From Opitutia bacterium (GTDB taxonomy: Bacteria > Verrucomicrobiota > Verrucomicrobiia > Opitutales > T3Sed10-336): a stretch of DNA of 64,000 nucleotides. The notes under the pieces are model-generated. The model did not search any database. It worked only from the letters and a program-made list of their open reading frames with translations, and was not told where the DNA came from. The stretch lies in contig JBJHCF010000007.1 of assembly GCA_050506795.1 (NCBI GenBank), positions 32,001-96,000 on the forward strand, read 5' to 3'. Below are positions 57,596-64,000 of the stretch, piece after piece. The position numbers and the translations under genes are program-made. The stretch's first letter is position 1. Every line of letters starts with the position of its first letter.

Positions 57596-57624
57596 ACGAA
57601 TGAACTTGAACGAGATATGCGCTA

Positions 57625-57796
57625 GAGCATTGCTGGACTGTGAAGGTTCTCACACGGAGCTTACGGAGCCGGGTCCAGTAGAAATCTCCGTGTCTCTCGC
57701 CGGCCTGAGCTCGTCGAGGGCATGCCTCCGTGTGAGCCCAATTTTCGCTGTATTTTTTGTTTCTTCAAACGATGAACCTCCTTAACCGTGCCATTC
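57625..57796. repeat. Partial second copy of the MITE-like palindromic element
   Basis: Colinear with 18357-18512 (gtgaaggttctcacacggag...tgcctccgtgtgagcccaattt...cttaaccg), with an extra insert of about 24 nt. Confidence 0.75.
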
Positions 57797-57845
57797 AGGT
57801 TACCCAAAACTTGCCCTTTCGTCCGGCTCGTATAAAAAGGCCCCG

Positions 57846-58262
57846 ATGAAATCGTATCGCAAAGAACTCTGGTTTCAGGCGGCACAACGGCGGGAACTGA
57901 TCAATATCACCGGTCAAGTGGAAGACTGCCTGCGCGAAAGCGGTATCCGGGAGGGTCTCGCCCTGGTGAACGCGATGCACATCTCCGCCAGTGTTTTTGT
58001 CAATGACAACGAATCCGGCCTGCACGCCGACTTCGAACGCTGGCTGGAAAAACTCGCCCCGGAAAAACCCCATTCCCAATACGCCCACAACAAAGGGGAA
58101 GACAACGCCGACGCCCACCTCAAACGCACCATCATGGGCCGGGAAGTCGTGGTCGCGGTGACCAAAGGCCAACTCGACTTCGGTCCCTGGGAGCAGATTT
58201 TCTATGGCGAATTCGACGGTATGCGCCGGAAGCGTGTATTGGTAAAAATCATCGGAGAGTGA
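57846..58262 (+). CDS. yjbQ: YjbQ / UPF0047 family protein
   Basis: [28 protein letters not shown]. Confidence 0.88.
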   Translation: MKSYRKELWFQAAQRRELINITGQVEDCLRESGIREGLALVNAMHISASVFVNDNESGLHADFERWLEKLAPEKPHSQYAHNKGEDNADAHLKRTIMGREVVVAVTKGQLDFGPWEQIFYGEFDGMRRKRVLVKIIGE

Positions 58263-58293
58263 CCTTCCCGATCCTGTAAAACCCGCAATCAAT

Positions 58294-58791
58294 ATGTACC
58301 AATCAATTCTTATCGCACTGCTCAGCATCAGCCTGATGGCCTGCAATCACCGGGATTCCGGTCCCTCGGACGACAACTCTGCCGAATCGTCACCTCCCGA
58401 ACCCGATGCCTCGGAGGGGGTGGTGGAGGCGGAGGACGAACCCATCGCCGCCGAACTGCGGGCCGAGCCTGGGGAAATCGACTCCTCCGACCGGATCGAG
58501 GTGCGCGTGGTCAATCACGGCGAACGAACGCTGAACTACGGGCGTCCCGTTCGGGTGGAGCGCTGGGACGGGGAAGCCTGGCGGGAAACCGAGGAATCGC
58601 TCAACGCCGCCTGGACCATGGAACTCCTCATCCTTGCGCCGGGTGAAACCGGGGTGGCACAGCCCTGGCCCTTTCTCGCCCAACAAAACGCCGAACCCGG
58701 GTGGTACCGCTTCACCAAGGAAGTCTACGCCGAAACCTCCTCCGGCGACGCCACCCGACTGCTGGTCCGTGCCCGGGTCCGGGTCAAGTGA
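58294..58791 (+). CDS. Lipoprotein with Ig-like domain
   Basis: Lipobox LMAC, acidic linker, beta domain (VVNHG, YG, PGWYRFTK). Confidence 0.75.
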   Translation: MYQSILIALLSISLMACNHRDSGPSDDNSAESSPPEPDASEGVVEAEDEPIAAELRAEPGEIDSSDRIEVRVVNHGERTLNYGRPVRVERWDGEAWRETEESLNAAWTMELLILAPGETGVAQPWPFLAQQNAEPGWYRFTKEVYAETSSGDATRLLVRARVRVK

Positions 58792-58841
58792 GTCTGGAGT
58801 CAAAAAACGAAAAATTGTTGTAGTTGAGGCAAGTTTTTTGG

Positions 58842-58915
58842 CACCGCAGAGGTTGGAGGGTCACAGAGAAATCATTCGGAATGTCCTTCTCTGCGGTCTT
58901 CCGCTCTCTGCGGTG
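58842..58915. repeat. REP-like long palindrome between convergent genes
   Basis: caccgcagag...cacagagaa / ttctctgcg...ctctgcggtg. Confidence 0.65.
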
Positions 58916-58964
58916 TCCTTATTCCTGGCCTGAGGCTTCGCCTCGTTGCTGTCTGTCGGCGATC

Positions 58965-59381
58965 TTACGGATAGCGAAGCTCGACGATTTTCACTCCGGC
59001 CGGCTCGAAATCTTTTCGGTTGGTCGTGGCCACCGCAAGGCCGTAGTGGCGCGCCGTAGCAGCGAGCAGGCTGTCTTCGCAGGAAATGGTGCGATTGTTT
59101 CGTTTCAACTCGGAGAGCAAATGTTTCCATTCCACCAGAACGGTTTCGCTCAGGGGTAGAATCGCTTGCGCGAGAGAAACGCGAAGGTCGGACAACCACG
59201 TCTCCAACTTAATTCTGAGAGCCGGATCCTCCACGGTCTCAATGCCAAAAGAAAGCTCCGCCAGTGTGACTACCGATACAAAGCTTCGATCCTCGTGGGT
59301 ACGCAGCCAACGAAGCATGGCCGCGGGTGGCCGGCGTTTACTTGACGCCGAAAGAACCCCCGTGTCCAACAGGTACTTCAT
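58965..59381 (-). CDS. vapC: VapC-family PIN toxin
   Basis: MKYLLDTGV, SVVTLAEL, DSLLAATA, TTNRKDF; ATG overlaps the antitoxin stop. Confidence 0.88.
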   Translation of the reverse strand: MKYLLDTGVLSASSKRRPPAAMLRWLRTHEDRSFVSVVTLAELSFGIETVEDPALRIKLETWLSDLRVSLAQAILPLSETVLVEWKHLLSELKRNNRTISCEDSLLAATARHYGLAVATTNRKDFEPAGVKIVELRYP

Positions 59382-59626
59382 CGAAAGGGAAGATGATGAC
59401 GCTCCGGGGGAGGGATCTCGCCCGGACACTTTTTGAGGATCGCAGTCAACCCTTTCGCCCCCGTTTCCAGCTCGCGGATCGGCGTCAGTAACAAACTCTG
59501 CTCACCGTCGTCCACCTCAACCAAACGGACAGCCCCGCCCTTTCGCAAACCGGCTCGTTCACGCCAGGCTTTCGGCAACTGCGCCTGCCCTTTCACCGTC
59601 ACGCTCATCACGTCCACCTTCTTCAT
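59378..59626 (-). CDS. AbrB/MazE-type antitoxin
   Basis: VTVKGQAQLPKAWRERAGL swapped-hairpin motif upstream of vapC. Confidence 0.8.
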   Translation of the reverse strand: MKKVDVMSVTVKGQAQLPKAWRERAGLRKGGAVRLVEVDDGEQSLLLTPIRELETGAKGLTAILKKCPGEIPPPERHHLPFR

Positions 59627-59629
59627 AAT

Positions 59630-59646
59630 AGTAATGAATCATTACT
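59630..59646. promoter_or_regulatory. Toxin-antitoxin operator palindrome
   Basis: Perfect 8-1-8 inverted repeat AGTAATGA-A-TCATTACT, 3 nt upstream of the antitoxin ATG. Confidence 0.7.
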
Positions 59647-59840
59647 TCGGCCTCCTTGCAAGTGGAATTGCCGGCAGATCCTCCCGCGCCAGCGAGCGTG
59701 TTGCCTCAGGCATCTGATGAGGATTATGCGAAGTCCCGTGCCTGCCGGGAGAAGCCTAATCTACATTGATCTAGCGCCTTAACCGCCGTTCGGCTTAAAC
59801 CAGCAAAAAACCCCACATAACCATGAGGGTCTCGGGGCGG

Positions 59841-59912
59841 TGCGGGCGGAGGGAGTCGAACCCTCGTCTCAAGCTTGGGAAGCTCACATAATAGCCGTTA
59901 TACGACGCCCGC
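59841..59912 (-). tRNA. tRNA-Gly (anticodon CCC)
   Basis: Reverse complement GCGGGCG...GAGCTT-CCC-AAGCTT...GAGGGTTCGACTCCCTC-CGCCCGC-A folds as a cloverleaf; CCA not encoded. Confidence 0.92.
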
Positions 59913-60072
59913 GGAAACCGAAATGCCCGGTCTTGATCCCGATTAAAGCCAGGGACGCGGTGGAAGCAAGCAAGGATCGGTTTCTCCTCGCTCATTTTTT
60001 TTCTTTCCTTGTTCCCGGGAGTCCTTTTAGAAATCAGGAACCACCCTGAAAGCCAACCCCGATCCGCCCCAG

Positions 60073-62940
60073 GTGTCATCTCCGCGAACACTTTCCCCTA
60101 CCTTCGTTCTCAGCGTTTTCCTGATTCTCCTCGCTGCGCTATCCGCCGGCACCGCAATGGCCGGCCTGAGGCTGGAATCGCTGGAATCCCTTCTGCACCG
60201 GGCCACGGAGGCCTTCGCTTCCGCGGACTATGAACGGGCCGCGCAGGAGTTTCGCAACATCGAGGCCGAATACGGAGAGGAACCGGTCACCCGGGAACCG
60301 CGTTTTCTCCGCCGAGTCCTGCCTCTGCGGGGCTACGCGGAGCTGCGCGGCGGCGATCCCGCCAGGGCGGTGCTTCACTTCAAAAGTTATCTCGATACCT
60401 TCCACTCCGATCCCCGGCCCAACGCCTTCGTTCTCTACCATCTGGCACTGGCCAAACGTAAAACCGGTCAACCGGAGGAAGCCCTGCATCGCTTCGGAGA
60501 ATACATCGAATCCTACCCGAACCGGCCCGAAGCGGCGTTCGCCCTGATGCAACAGGTGGACATCCTCAATGAAAGCGGACGAGCCGAGGAGGCCCGGGAG
60601 CGGTTGGAGAGCTTCGGAGAAAGCGACGCCCCCGCATCCCTGCGCGCCCAGGCCCGCCTCATGGCAATTCGCCAGGCCCGCGACGCGGGGGATATCGATA
60701 CCGCCGCGACTTTCCTTTTGGACCATTCCTGGGATCCGGACGTCATCCCGGAAATCGCCTCGTTTACCGCCTTGGCCATGGAGATCGGAGATCACCTCCT
60801 TGAAACCGGCGAGGCCCGCGACGCCCTGCGCGTCTACCAATTGGTGCTTCCCCGGCGCCGGCTCCTGGAACAACAACGCCGCCGACTGGAGGCCCTGCAG
60901 GATACCTCCGTATCCGTTGGTCCGATGCAACGTCGCCACCGCGACCGTCTGAGCCGTGGTCTGCAGGCCCTGGAGAACGCCCCGGATCACACCCCCTCCT
61001 GGACCTTTCGCCGAGGCCGGGCCTTCCTGCTGGCGAAACGTCCGCGCGAGGCCTGGTTGATTTTCGAAAGCCTGGCCCTCGATGAATCCCTGGAGCCCGG
61101 CCTCCGCGAACAGGCGCACTTCCACTGGATCCTGGCCGCTCACGAACTGCGCGATTGGGAGGAGGCCCTGACCATCGCCAGGAACTTCACCCGACGTTAC
61201 GACGACGCCAACCTCGCGCCGCGCGCCTTCTATCTCATCGCCGAAGCCCATAGCGAGCAGCGACGGCATCCCGAAGCCATCGAGGTCCTGACCGACCTGA
61301 TCGAACGGTTTCCGGAACACTCCCTGGCCCCGCGTTGGGTTTTTACCCGCGGATTCAACCGGGCGGTACTTGAGCGCTTTTCCGCGGCACGGGGAGATTT
61401 CAGGATGGTCCGTGATACCTATCCGGAAAGCGGTCTCACCGCCCGCGCCGACCTCTGGCATGCCCTGACTTTTCTTTTCGAGCAGGACTACGAGCGGGCT
61501 TTGCGAGAATTCAACGATCTCGCACTCACCTACTCAGACCACGAGATCACCGGAGAAATCCTGTACCGGAGAGCCGCCACACTCCACTCCATGAACAATC
61601 TGACCGACGCCCTGGCCGAGGTGACCGCCTTCGTATCCGATTTTCCCCTGCACGAACGGCACAGCGAAGCGTTGGCCCTGAAAGGGGATATCCTGATGAC
61701 CGAAGGTCAACCCGATCGCGCCATTGCCGCCTTCTCCAACGTCCCGCCGGACGCCGGCGCCATGTACCCGTACGCGGTCTTTCAAATCGGACGGATCCAC
61801 CGCGCACGCGGGGACTATAATATCCTGGCCAATCATTTTCGCGCCTACCTCGAACGATCCGACGACGAGGCGCCGCCCCGCGTCAGCGAGGCCCTCTACT
61901 GGATCGGATGGGCTCACACCCGGCTCAACCGTCCCGAGATCGCCCTGCCTCTTTTCCTGGAAACCCTCGATCTCTTCGGTAATGACCGCGAAGCCGCGGA
62001 GATCGGAACCGTGCTCAACGCTTTGGCCGATCTCCACCAGAGTCTCCCCTCTGAAGCGACCCTGCCGGAACGCCTGCCCGTCGGCGGACGAGTCCTGCTG
62101 GCGGCTTCCGATTTCTCCGATTGGCTCCGGATCGAGCGCCGAAACGCGTTGCGCGACGACAAGCCCACCTGGTACGCCCGACTGACCCTGGCCCTATCCG
62201 ATGCCGAACGTTCCGCCGGACGACCCCATGCCGCGGACCTGCTGCTGTTCGAACTCGCAACCGAGATCCCTCCTCAAGACCTTGACGCCACCGCGCTGGG
62301 CCGTGCCGGTCATCATCTCCGCGAGCGCGGTCTCGCGACCGGGGAGACACTCCTGCTTCACCTGTTGGAGGATTTTCCCGATGCTCCGGAGTCCGCATAC
62401 GCTCATTACGGACTCGCACGCATCGCCCACCAGGCGGGAGACATGGAGAACGCCCTCCTCCACTTGCGACGTTTTCGCTCCCGATTTCCCGGACACTCTC
62501 TCGCGGTGGACGCCACCCTCCTTCACGCGGATCTGCAGGCGCTTTCAGGCGACACCCTTGCCGCGCGGGCGGCCTACGAGGAAGTGCTGCGCGACCGCCG
62601 CGCCAGGGGACGGCGCCACGCCAGGGCGCTTCGAGCGTTGGCTAAAATTTACCGCGACCAGGAAGAACCGGAAAAGGCGATCGCATACTACCAGCGCATC
62701 TACACCCTGTACCAGGCCTACCCGGAACTGGTCGTCGAAGCCTATCACGAAAGCGCCCTCCTCTTTGAACGCCTGGGCGATCTGCAAGCCGCCCGGGCCA
62801 CTTTCCGGGAAATGTTTACCCACGAGACCAACGAGGGAGATCCGGAACGCTGGGCGGCCGCCCGGCAGGACCTGGAGCGACTTCAACGTGAACTCCCCCC
62901 GGATTCGGCGGGCACTTTGGAAAACGAATCCACGCCATGA
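60073..62940 (+). CDS. Large exported TPR protein
   Basis: Signal/TM segment then many TPRs with xxxYP/FP turns (BamD/CpoB-like), YYQRIYTLY; GTG start. Confidence 0.85.
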   Translation: MSSPRTLSPTFVLSVFLILLAALSAGTAMAGLRLESLESLLHRATEAFASADYERAAQEFRNIEAEYGEEPVTREPRFLRRVLPLRGYAELRGGDPARAVLHFKSYLDTFHSDPRPNAFVLYHLALAKRKTGQPEEALHRFGEYIESYPNRPEAAFALMQQVDILNESGRAEEARERLESFGESDAPASLRAQARLMAIRQARDAGDIDTAATFLLDHSWDPDVIPEIASFTALAMEIGDHLLETGEARDALRVYQLVLPRRRLLEQQRRRLEALQDTSVSVGPMQRRHRDRLSRGLQALENAPDHTPSWTFRRGRAFLLAKRPREAWLIFESLALDESLEPGLREQAHFHWILAAHELRDWEEALTIARNFTRRYDDANLAPRAFYLIAEAHSEQRRHPEAIEVLTDLIERFPEHSLAPRWVFTRGFNRAVLERFSAARGDFRMVRDTYPESGLTARADLWHALTFLFEQDYERALREFNDLALTYSDHEITGEILYRRAATLHSMNNLTDALAEVTAFVSDFPLHERHSEALALKGDILMTEGQPDRAIAAFSNVPPDAGAMYPYAVFQIGRIHRARGDYNILANHFRAYLERSDDEAPPRVSEALYWIGWAHTRLNRPEIALPLFLETLDLFGNDREAAEIGTVLNALADLHQSLPSEATLPERLPVGGRVLLAASDFSDWLRIERRNALRDDKPTWYARLTLALSDAERSAGRPHAADLLLFELATEIPPQDLDATALGRAGHHLRERGLATGETLLLHLLEDFPDAPESAYAHYGLARIAHQAGDMENALLHLRRFRSRFPGHSLAVDATLLHADLQALSGDTLAARAAYEEVLRDRRARGRRHARALRALAKIYRDQEEPEKAIAYYQRIYTLYQAYPELVVEAYHESALLFERLGDLQAARATFREMFTHETNEGDPERWAAARQDLERLQRELPPDSAGTLENESTP

Positions 62941-63941
62941 AACCCACCCCCAAACTTATTGATACCTCCACGGCGCTCCTGGTTTTATTTCTCCTGGTCG
63001 CACCAGCCCTTCCGGTCGTCTCCCGGTATCAAGAGCCGGCGACCGTAACCCTCGAAAACGGCCGGCAGTACACCGGAATCCTCGCCGGTCTGGCCGACGA
63101 GCGTCTGGCCTTGATTGTGCCGGACGGAGCAGGTGAAGCCGAATACCTCCTGCCAATCGAGCAGATCACGAAGGTGGATCTGCCCGATGAAGACCTCGCA
63201 ACAAACGCACTGCTTCTGTACCAGGAAAACAACTACGAGCAGGCAATTCCTCTGCTGGAAACAATCTATCGGAATCGCCTTCCCTACCTTGCACTTTTGG
63301 CCCCGAACCAGGAGACACCACTCGTCGCCCTGGTAAAACTATATTCGGCGACGGGAGCCCGACTCGACGCGGTCATCACCGCGCGTCGACTCAGTCGCGA
63401 TATACGGAATCCGGCCCATCGCGAAGAACTGGCGGCCATCAAACTGACCGGATACCTTGACCTCGACTTGATTGAACGCGCCGTCTCCGACGGACGCGCC
63501 TGGTGTGCCCGGCAGGACCGGCATCCCGATTCCGCGCTGGGATGGTATGTGCTGGCTGAAGTCGCTTTGCGGGAGGAACGGCTCGAAGATGCCCTGTGGA
63601 TTGCCCTGCAACCGATTGCGTTCTCATCGGCTTCCCCCATGTCGTACCTGGAAGCGGCCTATGCGGCAGCCCTCCGCGCCTACCAAAAGACGGGCGAAAC
63701 GGACCTGGGAATCGAGCTCTACCGGGAAATGAGGGACCGCGATTTGCCTCTTTCCGAACTCAGCCCCTCCGCCGGCGAAACGATCGCCTACTTCGCCGAG
63801 CTTTGGGAGGCGGAGAGACAGGCGTCCCCGAATGAGGAGGAAACCGGCCCGCTCCTTGATCCTCGTCCGCCGCGAGCGGACCTCAATCTGCCTCTGCGCG
63901 AAGTCCGCCGACTACTCCTCGCCTTGCCGGAGTTCGAATAA
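62937..63941 (+). CDS. Exported helical/TPR-like hypothetical protein
   Basis: Signal peptide, small beta domain (VTLENG), helical repeats; ATG overlaps the upstream stop. Confidence 0.75.
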   Translation: MKPTPKLIDTSTALLVLFLLVAPALPVVSRYQEPATVTLENGRQYTGILAGLADERLALIVPDGAGEAEYLLPIEQITKVDLPDEDLATNALLLYQENNYEQAIPLLETIYRNRLPYLALLAPNQETPLVALVKLYSATGARLDAVITARRLSRDIRNPAHREELAAIKLTGYLDLDLIERAVSDGRAWCARQDRHPDSALGWYVLAEVALREERLEDALWIALQPIAFSSASPMSYLEAAYAAALRAYQKTGETDLGIELYREMRDRDLPLSELSPSAGETIAYFAELWEAERQASPNEEETGPLLDPRPPRADLNLPLREVRRLLLALPEFE

Positions 63942-64000
63942 AACCCATCCAACAATCGACCCTTGCATCAACGCCAACCGCTATGAAACCTACCTCGATT

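Noticed and set aside
59714..59745. CTGATGA followed by a short stem, resembling a hammerhead ribozyme core
   Set aside because: The required GAAA after stem II is absent (CGTG instead), and stems I/III were not found.
59775..59797. cgccttaaccg match to the right end of the MITE-like element
   Set aside because: Only an 11-nt match with no internal element sequence nearby; may be chance.
57846..59840. Integrative element or prophage at tRNA-Gly
   Set aside because: No integrase, phage genes or visible duplicated tRNA 3' end.

Overview
A 64-kb, GC-rich (roughly 60% by eye) bacterial chromosomal segment. The gene content points to Verrucomicrobiota, probably Opitutia/Puniceicoccaceae (inferred from PEP-CTERM proteins, a TIGR02597-like protein, a DUF5069-like protein, Cys-less L32/S18 and A|FTL prepilins). 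Housekeeping blocks: pdxA-lpxA, guaB, hemN, trpD-glmM, rpmF-plsX-fabH, PIN-PhoH, fur/perR-sufCBD-sufT, rpsR, trhO-GGQ rescue factor-cmk-plsC-trkAH, nifJ with a DHOD-like gene, yjbQ, vapBC and tRNA-Gly(CCC). The most notable content is cell-surface biogenesis. (i) A type II secretion cluster (G,H | I,J,K,L,M,D,C,E,F) is split between gspH and gspI by a lower-GC cassette (TIGR02597-like protein plus PEP-CTERM protein), a MITE-like element and a membrane-anchored TPR gene, and is followed by a PEP-CTERM serine protease. (ii) A polysaccharide export locus has a secreted Ala-rich protein, an OM beta-barrel, a short non-lipoprotein OPX, and a Wzc with an extra N-terminal Tyr cluster. It is divergent from a clear paralog of the same TPR gene, which may link the two loci into one surface-coat system (inference). 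Several dispersed palindromic repeat families, a heptamer/G-tract repeat in the gspH leader and a DDE-less IS630-type HTH protein are also present. No CRISPR array, rRNA or intact transposase was seen. All family calls are from motif recognition only; no database search was run.
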